This document shows, piece by piece, positions 33,619 to 44,647 of a DNA stretch of 64,000 nucleotides (positions are counted from its first letter, which is position 1; every line of letters begins with the position of its first letter). Both the position numbers and the translations under genes were made by a program. The stretch comes from an uncultured delta proteobacterium (GTDB lineage: Bacteria > Myxococcota > Myxococcia > Myxococcales > Myxococcaceae), in the NCBI GenBank assembly GCA_963771175.1, contig CAVYSY010000046.1, positions 192,001-256,000 on the forward strand. The letters run 5' to 3'. The notes beneath the pieces were generated by a model. The model ran no database searches. It had not been told where the DNA came from and saw nothing but the letters and a program-made list of their open reading frames with translations.

Positions 33619-35340
33619 GCTTCCCTCGCGCGGTGGCGTTCCTCTGGGTGGCGACGGCGCGCAACCGGGTACGCCGCCAGCTCCAGCGCCTGCGCCAACC
33701 GAAGTACCTCGTGGGCGCGGTGGTGGGCGCGGTGTACCTGTACACCGTCTTCCTGCGGCGGCTCAGCTACGGGGGCGAGGTGGGGACGGCTCCGCCGATG
33801 GCGCAGCTCGTCAGCCAGTTCATGCTGGCGGCCGCGATGCTGGGCACGATCCTCTCCGCCTGGGTGCTGGGGCCGGATCGGCCGGCACTGGCCTTCACCG
33901 AGACGGAGGTGCAGCAGCTCTTCCCCGCGCCCGTGTCCCGGCGGGAGTTGCTGCACTACAAGCTCGCGCGCGGCGTCTTCGGCGCGGGGGTGGGGGCCTT
34001 CTTCGCCACCCTCTTCATGAGCCGCGTGGTGAGTCCCCAACCCATCCTCTTCTTCCTCGGCGCCACCGTGACGCTCGCCACGGTGAACCTGCACGTGATG
34101 GGGGCCTCCTTCGTGCGCACGCGGCTCGCCCGGCGCGGCGGGTGGCTGCGTTGGGGAACGCTCATCGCCGTGCTCGCCCTGGTGATCGGCACGGGGCTGT
34201 TCGTCCTCCGCGAGCACCCCTTCCTCCCGGAGCAGATGAGGGGCGCACGGCAGTTCCAGGAGTGGGTGATCGCACTGATGGACACCCCGGTGCTGTGGCC
34301 GGGACGGATGCTGGTGGCCCTGCCGCTCGCCCAGGACGGATGGGCCTTCCTGAAGGCCCTGCCGCTCGGACTGGGCCTGCTCGCCGTCCACTATGTGTGG
34401 GTGATGAAGGCGGCGGTGCCCTTCGAGGAGGTCGCGGTCATCCGGGCCGAGGAGCGTGCCCGCCTCCGTGAGCAGCTCTCCCAGCAGGGCGGTCGACCGG
34501 GCCGCCTCCGCGCGCAGTCAGGTGTTCTTCCGGCTGGCGCCCACGGGGCGTCCGGAGGTGGCTCTCGTCTGGAAGAACGTCATCGCCGGGCAACGGGTGG
34601 GCGGGGCGGGCCGGCTCATCATCGCGGGCCTGCTGGGTGGGCTCGTGGCCGCCGTGGCCTCGGGACAGGGCGCGCCGGATCCCCTCGCCAACGTGCGCAC
34701 CCTCATGGCGCCGCTGTGCGGGGGGCTCGCGGTGCTCCTCTGCTTCATCGGGCCGTCCGCCGTGCGGATGGACCTGCGGATGGACCTGCCCCGGTTGGAG
34801 CAACTCCGGGCGATGCCACTCACCGGGCGGCAGGTGGTGGCGGCGGAGCTCGCCGCGCCGGCACTGCTGCTGGGGGCCGCGCAGGTGGGGCTCGTCCTGG
34901 TGGCGATGGTGCTGGCGGCGTGGCAGGGAGGGCCGAGCGCTCCGCTGTGGGTGGCCGGGGGCCTGGGCGCGCTCTGCGTGCTGCCGGCGGTGACCCTGGG
35001 CAGGCTCTTCGTCCAGAACGCGGCGGTGGTGCTCTTCCCGGCGTGGCTGCCACCGGAGGGGGAGCGGGTGCGTGGCATCGAGGCCCTCGGTCAGCGGCTG
35101 CTGACGCTGGCGGGCACGCTGGTGGTGGTGCTGTTGGGGCTGGTGCCCGCGGCGCTCACGGGCGCCGTGGTGGGCTTCGGCCTGGAGCACTTGCTGGGCC
35201 TCGACGTGTGGGCGCTGCCCTTCGCGGGACTCTTCGCGGCGGCGGTGCTCGTGGCGGAGGTGGCCCTGGGGGTGGTGGGCCTGGGCCGCGCCTTCGATCG
35301 GCTCGACGTGTCGAGCGAGGGACCCGAGACGACCTCCTGA
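33615..35340 (+). CDS. ABC exporter permease; frameshift ~34515
   Basis: GTG overlaps the ATPase stop; many TM segments; LFPAPVSRRELL and LRAMPLTGRQVV motifs. Confidence 0.75.
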
Positions 35341-35356
35341 CCCCGTGGTCCTCGGC

Positions 35357-35599
35357 TCAGTGGGGACCGGCTGGATCCGACGGTGGGGCGAGCGCACGCA
35401 TGATGACCGTGCGGCAGGCCGCGCACACCACACCGGCTCGCTCCCAGTGCACCTGCTCCTCCAGCGCCTGGGACGACTCCGGACTCGCCTCGAGCTGCTT
35501 CAGGAGCGCGGACAGCTCGTCACTCCCCGTGCCTCCTCCCCGAGGGGTGTCGAGCACGTCCTGCTCGCCCTCGAGGACGAGGGTGAAACGGTAATACAC
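35357..35599 (-). CDS. Small hypothetical protein with CxxC
   Basis: 80-aa ORF containing VCAACR; no family recognised. Confidence 0.4.
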   Translation of the reverse strand: MYYRFTLVLEGEQDVLDTPRGGGTGSDELSALLKQLEASPESSQALEEQVHWERAGVVCAACRTVIMRALAPPSDPAGPH

Positions 35600-35667
35600 C
35601 GCGCTCGCGGCGATGCCGCGCCCGGCATGTGGTGCACGTCTTCGCTCGAGGGCCGGTCATGGCTCTC

Positions 35668-36831
35668 CTACGACTCCAGGGTTCGCATCGAGGTCCGTCC
35701 GACCATGATGTCCACGAGCTTCTTCACTCGGCGGAAGAGGCCCTCCTGCACGTAGGGCACCCCGTGCTTCTCGCAGATCGCCTTCACGCGGGGCTGCACC
35801 TCCCGGTACTTGCTCATGGGCAGGCTCGGCCAGAGGTGGTGCTCTATCTGGTAGTTGAGCCAGCCGTGGAGGAAGTCGACGACGTCGTTTCCGGTGGCGT
35901 AGTTCGCCGAGCCGATCACCTGGCGCACGGAGAACTCCGCGTGGCCGGCCGCGCGACCGTCGAAGCGGTAGAGATCATCTCCCGCGTGGTTGGGCGCGAT
36001 CAGGATGAAGCTCTGGATGTTGGTGAGCAGCTCGGCGAGGACGCTGTTGGCGAACACGCTGAAGACGGCCCACAGGCCGAGCGGCGCGAAGAGGGCCGGG
36101 AGCAGCACGAAGCGCAGGGCCGCATAGGGGAGGACACACGTCCACCAGAAGGCCCGACCATCGGCGTGGCGCGGGTTGAAGGCCGTCACGAGCTCGAGGT
36201 TCGCGCCGGTGTCGAGCACGCCCGCGCGCCGCCGCTCGGCCCGCCGCCACTCCAGGAAGGTGTTGGGCGCGTAGTACGTCAGCTTCCAGGTGCAGGCGAA
36301 GAAGGCGACGATCGCGTACTTCACCAGCAGGGGCTTGCTCGAGCGGCGCAGCCACTCGGTGTTGTACTCGACCAGATCCGGATCCGCCGTCTCGCCGGTG
36401 CGGCCGTGGTGGAGCGCGTTGTGCTCGTGGCGCCACGCGTCCGGGTGGATCCAATCCGGCCAGTCGATGAAGCGGCGCCACCCGGTGGCGAAGCGGCTTC
36501 CGGTGTAGCGCTCGGGCACGCCGGGCACGCGGTCGTAGCCGCGGTGCGTGGCGTGGTGCGCCATCATCGTCCAGCGCGCCGTGCTGCCCTGGGCGATGAG
36601 CAGCGCCGAGAGGGGATTGGGCGCGAGCCACGCCGTCGCATAGCCGAGCACCGAGCACACCCGTCCCCAGCGCTCCATCTTCCGGAAGTGGGCGAAGTCC
36701 TCGGGCCCCAGGGAGGCTTCCGCCTCGGTGCGAACGGCTTGAAGCTCTCGGGCGAAGGCCTCCGCGTCGAGGGACGGAAAGGTTGCCCGCGAAGATTCCT
36801 CCGCGCGCAAGGCGACTGCCGTACTACTCAT
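35668..36831 (-). CDS. Membrane fatty acid desaturase
   Basis: His boxes HHATH, HNALHH, QIEHH. Confidence 0.9.
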   Translation of the reverse strand: MSSTAVALRAEESSRATFPSLDAEAFARELQAVRTEAEASLGPEDFAHFRKMERWGRVCSVLGYATAWLAPNPLSALLIAQGSTARWTMMAHHATHRGYDRVPGVPERYTGSRFATGWRRFIDWPDWIHPDAWRHEHNALHHGRTGETADPDLVEYNTEWLRRSSKPLLVKYAIVAFFACTWKLTYYAPNTFLEWRRAERRRAGVLDTGANLELVTAFNPRHADGRAFWWTCVLPYAALRFVLLPALFAPLGLWAVFSVFANSVLAELLTNIQSFILIAPNHAGDDLYRFDGRAAGHAEFSVRQVIGSANYATGNDVVDFLHGWLNYQIEHHLWPSLPMSKYREVQPRVKAICEKHGVPYVQEGLFRRVKKLVDIMVGRTSMRTLES

Positions 36832-36846
36832 GGGTGTACTCGCTCC

Positions 36847-37443
36847 TCAGGGGGTGACGATCGTCGTCTCGACGGCCGGGCACTTCACCGCCATCGGCTG
36901 GAAGCGATCCAGGGGGTGCGGCACCTCCGACTGATTCGGGGTGACGTCCATCAGCTCGTTCCGGAACGCGATCCGGTAGTGCCCCGGCTGCTTGAAGTCA
37001 TAGGCCAGCGACACCTCGACCGAGGCCTCCACGGACTTGCCGGCCGGGATGGCGGTGTACTCCTCCGCGCTCGGATTGCCGCGCTTCAACATCGGCCCCT
37101 GGTAGGGGATCTCGGTGCCGTCGCGCGTCACCTGCAGGAAGTTGTTGAGCAGGCCCTCGAGCGGCGTGTGCCACGAGAGCACGAACAGGGGCCGCGCCGT
37201 GGGATTGGTGAGCCGGAATCGCAGCTCCACCGGTTCGCCCGCCTTCAGGCTCGGGGGCACGCTCATCGTGCAGTCCAGTGTCATCGCCATGGCGGGTGCC
37301 TCCTTCGAGGGTGAAGCCTGCTGCGCTGGGGCCTCCTGCTGGGGAGGGACCCGCGGCTCCGCGGTCTCCTTCTTCGAAGCACAGCCCCCACCGCTGACAG
37401 CCAGGCACACCAGCGCGATCCTACCGACGGTTCCTCGTGTCAC
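36847..37443 (-). CDS. Lipoprotein resembling the M35 protease prodomain, with no catalytic domain
   Basis: GTG 37443, lipobox GGGC; QVTRDGTEIPYQGPMLKRGNPSAEEY aligns with EVARNGEPVEYIGPQIKRAAPGAEDY of the adjacent M35. Confidence 0.7.
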   Translation of the reverse strand: MTRGTVGRIALVCLAVSGGGCASKKETAEPRVPPQQEAPAQQASPSKEAPAMAMTLDCTMSVPPSLKAGEPVELRFRLTNPTARPLFVLSWHTPLEGLLNNFLQVTRDGTEIPYQGPMLKRGNPSAEEYTAIPAGKSVEASVEVSLAYDFKQPGHYRIAFRNELMDVTPNQSEVPHPLDRFQPMAVKCPAVETTIVTP

Positions 37444-37486
37444 GGATGCTCTCGCCTCCAGGCGGCGCCCGGAGCGGGCACACGCC

Positions 37487-37518
37487 AAAAAGAAAAACGG
37501 GAGCGTCGCCGCTCCCGT
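37487..37518 (-). terminator. Intrinsic terminator after the M35 gene
   Basis: Minus strand ACGGGAGCG-GCGA-CGCTCCCGT followed by TTTTCTTTTT. Confidence 0.85.
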
Positions 37519-37547
37519 CTCTTACCGCCGAACCCTACCCGACCTGC

Positions 37548-38646
37548 TTACGGCAGGGAGGGGGTGTTCTCGGCGAAGTACTCGTGGTTGTCCGCGTTGT
37601 CCAGGGCGTTGGTGGGGTTGGAGCTGGCGAGGCTCTTGGCCGCGCTCTGGCCGTAGGCCCAGTCATCCGTGCCCGCCACCACGTTGAAGTGGCTCATCTC
37701 GTGGACCAGCGTGCCGGCCTTGGAGTCCGTGCCCGTCGCGGGGGCGCTCCAGAAAGCGTTGCACACGTAGATCTTGTACGGCGAGGCCGGGTACACGTAG
37801 GCGTAGTAGCTCTGGTTGCAGCTGCAGTCGACCACGACCGCCGCGTTGGCGAAGGCGTTCTTGATGTTGGTGAAGTGGCTGCGCGCCGTGGTCAGCCGGG
37901 CGCTCGTGTAGGAGCCGAACCAGGTGGTGTAGCGCGTGGTGCCCGAGGGAGATGCCGTTGAGGTAGGTCGACGCGTTGTTCGAGTACGTCTTGGCGTTGC
38001 TCACCGCCGTGGTGATCGACGACTGCTCGGAGCTGGTGCAGGCGCCGGAGAACGACAGACCCTGGGCCGACACGGTGCCCTGAGCCTGGAGCTCGGGCTG
38101 GCCGCTCTCACGGCCCTCGATCCACAGGTTCACGAGGTTGGAGTCGAGCTGCGCGGCCTTGGAGAGCAGCGCGGAGTGCTGATCCAGCGAGCGCGCGGCG
38201 TAGCTGATGGAGTAGGTGCCGGACTCGGACAGGTCATAGAAGCCCGAGACAGGCGCCACGCCCGAGATGCTCTCGCCGGGGGCCAGGGTGACGTAGTCCT
38301 CGGCGCCCGGGGCCGCGCGCTTGATCTGGGGGCCGATGTACTCCACCGGCTCGCCATTGCGCGCCACCTCGAACAGACCCTCCTTGAGGGTGCCGTCCGG
38401 GATGTAGAACGAGAGCAGCCGCACGGGCTCGGACGAGATGTTGGTGAAGGTGACCTTCACCGCCACGTCCTCGCGGGCGCTCAGGGCGGACTTCTCCACG
38501 GACAGGCTCACCGCCACCTCACCGGTGGTGGCCTGCTGCTCCGCGGCAATCTCCTCGGCCGAATCGGCCGGCGCACCGCAGGCGCCAAGAAGGGACACGC
38601 CGACAACTCCGCCGACCAGCCACTTGAAACCGAGGGTCTTGCTCAC
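37548..38646 (-). CDS. M35 family metalloendopeptidase (peptidyl-Lys/deuterolysin type) lipoprotein; frameshift ~37945
   Basis: Lipobox LGAC; GTLVHEMSHF..GTDD aspzincin motif; NADNHEYFAE. Confidence 0.88.
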
Positions 38647-39058
38647 GTGGAAATTCCTTTCGGGGTACTGCGCTACAGGGGAGGACTCGTTTCCGAGTAA
38701 TTCTTGTTATACACCCATAAGCAGATAAAACCAACTGATAAGATTGTTTCAGGTTATTTCGTTTGACCTGAAATGTTCCTATCGGGACCCAGGCCCCCAG
38801 CAGACCCGCGACGACCTGCTCGTGGAAGAGGGGCGCTCCGGTGACACCATGGCAGGCCCGAGCGCTCCACCGCGGCCTCGAGCCGTGGGAACACGTCAAA
38901 GGACTGAGCCACCGAGAGCTCGAAAGGGTGTGCCGCGTCGAGGATGGAACGCACCGCGCGCAAGGCGATGCGGTTCGCATCGGGACGGTAGGGCATGGGG
39001 GTGTTCTCCCCTCAGCGGGCCCGTGGCGTCCCGAGCTTGGAATGCCCACCGGGGCCTA

Positions 39059-39400
39059 CTACTCGCCCTCGTCCTCGCGGCTGCTGGCGACGCCGAACGT
39101 GTTGGCGTCGGCGATATCCTTGGTGGTGCTCTTGTACGCGCGGTACGCGAAGGGCGACACGGCAGCGAACACGATGCCGGCGAGGCCCAGGGCCATCCAG
39201 GGGAAGGGCTCTTCCTTGACCTTGATGTCCCGATCGTAGCCGTTGATGTTGTACTTCGGCTTGGAGCGAGCGGCATCGCGCTGTTCCTGGGTCATCTCCT
39301 CACCCTGGAACTCCTGGATTTGCCGCCGCTGGGCCAGGGCGGCACCGCCAGAGACGAGCACGAGGACGACCATCAATCGCGAGAGGGGGAGCAGGCGCAT
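39059..39400 (-). CDS. Small hypothetical membrane protein
   Basis: Signal peptide plus one TM segment (FPWMALGLAGIVFAAVSPFAY). Confidence 0.6.
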   Translation of the reverse strand: MRLLPLSRLMVVLVLVSGGAALAQRRQIQEFQGEEMTQEQRDAARSKPKYNINGYDRDIKVKEEPFPWMALGLAGIVFAAVSPFAYRAYKSTTKDIADANTFGVASSREDEGE

Positions 39401-39480
39401 GGGCGCGCAGCCTACCACGACCGTACAGGTGCGCAGAAGAAGGCTTGCGTCGCCCCCGGCGGTCCATTAGGCGCGGACCC

Positions 39481-41198
39481 GTGCGCCTCCTCCTGATCCC
39501 CCTGGTCAACCTGCTGTTGCTGTTGCGCGCCCTGCTGGGCCTGCCATTCCGACTGCTGGGGGCGCGCGGCCGTCCCTCCTACATCCGCTTCAGGCTGGCG
39601 GGAGATCCCCCCTACCGGGAGCGGAGCCGCCGGCCCCGCTTGAGCCTGCTGGGAGGCCCTGGGCGTCCCGAGCCGGCCACGGTGACCTCGCTGGAGCGCT
39701 TCCGGGAGTCGCTCGCGCTGCTGGCGAAGGACCCGAAGGTGAAGGGCATCCTCGTGGAGCTGGAGGGGCTGGAGGTGCCGCCAGCGAAGCGGGAGGTGCT
39801 GGTGAAGCTGCTGGAGGACTTCCGGGCGGCGGGCAAGCGGGTGGTGGCGTGGGCGGTGAGCGCGGACAACCTGGGGTACCAGGTGATGTGCGCGGCGGAC
39901 GAGGTGCTGCTGGCTCCGGCGGGGCGGCTGGAGCTGGTGGGCTACGCCGCGGAGGCCACCGCGCTCGGCGAGGGCCTGGGCCGGCTGGGGATCCAGGCGC
40001 ACTTCATCCGGCGGGGACCGTACAAGACGGCGCCGGAGCTCTTCACGCACCCGCATGTGTCGGACATCCAGCGGCAGACGCTGGAGGGCTTCCTGGACGA
40101 GCGGTACGACGAGCTGGTGGGCACCGTGGCGAAGGGGCGCAAGCGCACGCCGGAGGAGGTGCGGGCGTGGATCGACGCGGGCCCGTACAGCGCGAAGCGC
40201 GCGGCGGCCGAGGGGCTGATCGACGGGCTGTGCAGCGAGGCGGACCTGCCCGCGCGGCTGGGGATGAAGGACGGCGAGGCGGACGAGGAAGAGGAGGAGG
40301 GGCTGGACCCGATGCCGCTGTACCTGGCGCGGCTGCCGTGGCCGCCGATGAAGTGGCGCCCGCTGCGTCCGAGACCCCGGCTGGCGGTGGTGCCCCTGTC
40401 GGGGATGATCGTCCCCGGGAAGGGCGGGGCGGGGGGACCGGGACCGGAGATGGCGGGCTCGGAGGTGGCGGTGAAGGCGCTGCGTGCGGCGGGGAGGGAT
40501 CGGCGCTCGAAGGCGGTGCTGCTGTACGTGGCGAGCCCGGGAGGCTCGGCGCTGGCCTCGGAACTCATCCTGGAGGCGGTGCAGCGGGTGGCGAAGAAGA
40601 AGCCGGTGATCGCCTTCGTGGACCGGGTGGCGGCGAGCGGTGGCTACATGGCGGCGCTGGGGGCGAAGGAGATCTGGGCCACGCCGCACGCGGTGGTGGG
40701 CTCCATCGGGGTCTTCGCGGGGAAGTTCGACGCCTCGGGACTGCTGGAGAAGCTGGGGATCCACCGCACGATGATCGTGCGGGGGAGAACGCGGGCATCT
40801 TCTCGCCCACGCGGGGCTTCACCGAGCACGAGCGGGCGTCGATGGAGGCGGAGGTGGAGGAGACGTACCAGACGTTCCTCGAGTTCGTGGCGAAGGCGCG
40901 AAGCCGGACGAAGGAGGAGATCCACGCGCTGGCGGAGGGGCGGGTGTACAGCGGCACGCGAGCGCTGGGGGTGGGGCTGGTGGACCGGACGGGGGGCTTC
41001 GAGGAGGCGTGCCGGCACGCGATGGGGCTGGCGAAGGTGCCGGCGGAGCAGCGCTTCGATCTGCACATTCACGGAGGGGTGGATCGGCGCTTCTCCCTGC
41101 TGAAGCTGTTGTTGGGAGGCTCACGCGCGGGGCTGTATGCCTTGTGCCCGACGGCCTGGAGCCTGCTGGGGTTCAGGGGAGGGGAGCGTTTCGAGTAA
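39481..41198 (+). CDS. sppA: Signal peptide peptidase SppA (67K, S49); frameshift ~40785
   Basis: GPYKTAPE, SPGGSALASE, AASGGY, VGSIGV, AEGRVYSG. Confidence 0.88.
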
Positions 41199-41211
41199 TG
41201 TCGGGGCCCGC

Positions 41212-41763
41212 ATGGCGCGCCCCTGTCCCCTCTGCGAGAACGAGTCCCTGCGACCCCTGCGTGTCTCCACCGTGGAGGTGGACACCTGCCCGCGTTGTCA
41301 CGGGCTGTGGTTCGACCCGGGAGAGCTGGAGCGGTTCCCGGATCGGCCCCCGACGCGAGCGTTCCTGGCGGCGGCGAGACAGGCGCCCTCGCGGTGCGGG
41401 AAGCGGGGGCACCTCGTGCCGCGCGAGCAGTCCACGTGCGCCACGTGCCGGAGCGAGCCGGTGTCCTGCCCGAGCTGTGGCTCGCGGCTGGCGCGGGTGG
41501 AGACGAGTGCCTGCGCCCTCGACGTGTGCACGCGCTGCGAGGGTGTCTGGCTGGACGCGGGCGGGTTCGAGTCACTGGAGGGGGTGACGAACCCCCAGGT
41601 AAGGCCAGCCGGAGCGGCGGCCCCGGGCGCACCGGCGCAGCGGTGTTCGGCCTGCAGGAGGGGGCTCCAGGTCCCGAACGCTTTCATCTATGAAGGCGAC
41701 CTCTATTGTGCCCCGTGCCGGCCACCGGGCGCCGTCCCGTGCAAATCCCCCCAGGGGTTCTAA
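41212..41763 (+). CDS. zf-TFIIB-like zinc-ribbon repeat protein
   Basis: CPLC..VDTCPRCHGLWFDPGEL and DVCTRCEGVWLDAG. Confidence 0.75.
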   Translation: MARPCPLCENESLRPLRVSTVEVDTCPRCHGLWFDPGELERFPDRPPTRAFLAAARQAPSRCGKRGHLVPREQSTCATCRSEPVSCPSCGSRLARVETSACALDVCTRCEGVWLDAGGFESLEGVTNPQVRPAGAAAPGAPAQRCSACRRGLQVPNAFIYEGDLYCAPCRPPGAVPCKSPQGF

Positions 41764-41838
41764 GAGGGCTGAAGTAGCTCCGGGCCGGGGCTTGCGTGAT
41801 GCAACTCCCCCGCGTCGAGATACGCGGGCGGGCTCGCA

Positions 41839-42105
41839 TCAAAGCCCCGGCCCAACGGCCAATGCCGGAAAGATCACGTTGCCGAGTGTGACGATCCGGG
41901 GTCCATCTGCTTCCCAGAGCTTCAGGACAAAGGGACCAATCGTCTGCACGTCCTGGGCCTGAACTTCGATGAAGAGGGCGCGAAATTCGCCCGGACGGAC
42001 GGGTTCCGGTTGCCACACGGAACCCTTCAGTTCATCACCCCTGGGGCCTGTGAGCTTGGCCCCTTGAGCCGCCCAGGCCGCCGTGTCGTCCGGATTCTGC
42101 AACTC
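41839..42105 (-). pseudogene. C-terminal remnant of a DUF2381-like gene
   Basis: AWAAQGAKLTG..VWQPEPVRPG..FVLKLWEADGPRIVTLGNVIFP; abuts the HTH stop with no proper start. Confidence 0.55.
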
Positions 42106-42448
42106 AACCGAGCTGTGCAGCGTTCATGCGGCGAAGCGTCCTCACCAGCCGCCGGAGCTCCGGTAGATCATCCACCTCGGGTTCGGGAGCCTCCAGCCAC
42201 AAGGGCGCCTTGTCGACGTCGAGCCCCAGCATGGCGTTGGCGTCCACGCGCAGGATGCGGCACAGCTTCCGCAGGGTTGGAACGCTCGGGAGCATATGAC
42301 CGCGCTCCAGCCGCCCGAAGACCTCGGTTACGACCCCAATTCGTTCCGCGACATCCGCCTGAGTCAGCGCGGTCCTCTTGCGCGCCTCGCGCACAACCGC
42401 GCTCAAGTGGGCCGTCAATCTCTTCTTCTCGTTCTGACTGTCCATCAT
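42104..42448 (-). CDS. XRE family HTH regulator, probably C-terminally truncated
   Basis: LTQADVAERIGVVTEVFGRLERGHMLPSVPTLRKLC. Confidence 0.85.
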   Translation of the reverse strand: MMDSQNEKKRLTAHLSAVVREARKRTALTQADVAERIGVVTEVFGRLERGHMLPSVPTLRKLCRILRVDANAMLGLDVDKAPLWLEAPEPEVDDLPELRRLVRTLRRMNAAQLG

Positions 42449-42475
42449 CGGTCATCGGCGCGCTGGCTCCAGGAG

Positions 42476-43654
42476 CTATCCGAGGCTCGAAGCCTTCGGC
42501 CACGGGAGAAATCCAATCTCAACAGGGTGTGCATCCACTCGCTTGAGCGCGGATGCGCTCTTGACGATGACCGCCAGCTCCGCTGCCGCCTCGGGAGCGC
42601 CGAAGGGCCGCCGGAGGCTGGCGAGATACGCGCGCAGCTCGTCACGCATCTCGGCCGCTGTCTGATAGCGCTTGGTGGGGTCACTCTGAAGGGCTCGGAG
42701 CACGACCTTCCTCAATGGGGCCGGGGCTTGTCGGGCGATGCGCTCCACGTCCTCAGGACCGAAGCGGAGGAGTCGATCAGCGAGTATCTCGATGGAAGCC
42801 CATGCCGACTGCTCGGCCCTCACGCCTGAGACGAGCTGGAGCGTGCGTTTGGACACTTTGGGCGGCAGCACGTCCGGAGGATCGAGCGGATGGTGGCCCG
42901 CGATCATCTCCAGCAGGACGAGCCCGAGCGAGAAGATGTCCGCTCGGCTGTCGATGACCTTGGGCGAGAGGAGTCCAGCTCTGCCCTTTTCGGAGACGGA
43001 GCGAATGAGTTCCGGAGCCGCGTAGGCAAAATTTCCTCGGAGTACACGCGGCGGTGTTGGCACGCGCCCGAGTAGCTCCGAGAAGGCGGCGCCGAAGTTG
43101 GTGAGCTTGACGCGACCGTTGCGCCCGAGGCGGATGGCCGTAGGGCTGACGGCCCGGTGGATGATGTGAAGCTCGCGCCCTCTGTCATCCTCGCACTCAT
43201 GGGCGTAGTCGAGGGCGTTGGCCACTTCGGAGGCGATGAAGGCCGCGAAAGCCGGGGAGAGCTTCCGGTCCAGCAGCAGCGCAGCGCCGATGATCGTGGC
43301 GAGGAACCCCCCGCTTGTGTGCTCCATCACCACGAAGGGGGCTCCCTGGTACTCGGCGAGCCTGAAGACGCGAGCGATGGCCGGATGGTGAAGGTGGGCG
43401 GCGAGTTGGACCTCCTCAACGGCTCGGGTCCTACCAGCACGCCCTTCCGGCACCTCCACGCGCTTCAGGACCACCAATCGACGTGGGCCCACCTGCTCCG
43501 TCGACCTACACCGCGCAATCAAAAGCGTGTCGTAATCCTCGTGTGCGAGGAGAGGACCGCGAACCTCGTAACGGAAAGCGCCTGACTCAAACGAGAAGCG
43601 CCCAGTCTCCGTGGGCGGGGTGTTGGCTCCGACCATGTGGTCTCCTGTGTGCAA
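42476..43654 (-). CDS. Ser/Thr kinase-like protein with degenerate catalytic motifs
   Basis: VVLKR, HRAVSP (for HRD), TNFG (for DFG), YAAPE, DIFSLG. Confidence 0.8.
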   Translation of the reverse strand: MHTGDHMVGANTPPTETGRFSFESGAFRYEVRGPLLAHEDYDTLLIARCRSTEQVGPRRLVVLKRVEVPEGRAGRTRAVEEVQLAAHLHHPAIARVFRLAEYQGAPFVVMEHTSGGFLATIIGAALLLDRKLSPAFAAFIASEVANALDYAHECEDDRGRELHIIHRAVSPTAIRLGRNGRVKLTNFGAAFSELLGRVPTPPRVLRGNFAYAAPELIRSVSEKGRAGLLSPKVIDSRADIFSLGLVLLEMIAGHHPLDPPDVLPPKVSKRTLQLVSGVRAEQSAWASIEILADRLLRFGPEDVERIARQAPAPLRKVVLRALQSDPTKRYQTAAEMRDELRAYLASLRRPFGAPEAAAELAVIVKSASALKRVDAHPVEIGFLPWPKASSLG

Positions 43655-43893
43655 CGGAATAAATGAGAGACGCTTGCACTCTCATTGGTCATCATCATTG
43701 CGCCCAGACACGTAACACGGATGGGCGGAAGAATGGAAGCAGCCCCACCGGGTAGGTCATCACCCCCGGGCAACCGGCCCAAGTAGGAAAGCATCGGGAG
43801 GAACAACCGAGTGCGACACATCTACGGAGAGGAGCCCCGCCTATCGCTCCTTCTGGTTAGGGTGATGGTCGACCCCGATGCCCCGCGTTTCCC

Positions 43894-44518
43894 ATGCTCC
43901 CCAATCTTCTCAGACCTCCTCTCCTGACCCTCTCCCTTGCGGTCTCCCTGGTGGCCACGGGCTGCGCCCACAAACCCGGCCCCAAGGAGGTGGCGTCGGC
44001 CTATGCCCAGGCACTGGAGGAGAAGCGACTGTCGGACGCCTACGCGCTGACGACCACGCCGGAGCAGAATCGAGAAGTCCTTCCTGGAGCACTACTCGGA
44101 CGCCTCGGTCCGTCAGGCCCGGGTCGCGGAGGTGAGCAAGGCCCTCCCGGAGCTCCAGGCCCAGGCCCCGGCCCTCACCGTGCTCCAGACCCCCATGGGT
44201 TGGCGGGTCGTCGAGAAAGAGGCGGAGGACGCGCCCCGGGAGACCCTGAACCGCTTCCTGGACGCGGTGAAGGGGCGCGACTGGCCCACGGCCTGGTCGC
44301 TGCTGAGCGCTCCGCTGCGTGCCCGCTACACGCCCGAGCGCCTGCGCGACGACTTCAAGCGCGAGCCCCTGTCGGCCGAGCGGGTGCACCGGGCGCGGCT
44401 CGCCCTGCAGGGCCCGGTGCGGCTGTCTGCCTCGGGAGCGGAGTTCCCGATCGGAGAGGACCGGGCGGTGCGGCTGGTCCGGGAGGCAGGCGAGTATCGA
44501 GTGGCGACCATCGAATGA
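43894..44518 (+). CDS. Hypothetical lipoprotein; frameshift ~44070
   Basis: Lipobox ATGC in ORF 43894, continuing in ORF 44132-44518. Confidence 0.6.
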
Positions 44519-44556
44519 GATGGCGTGCGGTCGCGGGAGCAGGGGATTAGAGGAGG

Positions 44557-44585
44557 TTGACACGATCGGGGCCGCTGGCTATTCC
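44557..44585 (+). promoter_or_regulatory. Putative sigma70 promoter of the apbC operon
   Basis: TTGACA-17nt-TATTCC. Confidence 0.5.
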
Positions 44586-44647
44586 GCGCCCTCTCCGAGG
44601 GGGAGACCCCCAACCCCCCGGGCTCCAAAAGGATTCAGGTACCCAGA

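Noticed and set aside
38650..39050. AT-rich patch and an 80-aa ORF (38754-38996)
   Set aside because: The AT-rich part is best explained as the M35 promoter region, and the ORF has no recognisable motif.
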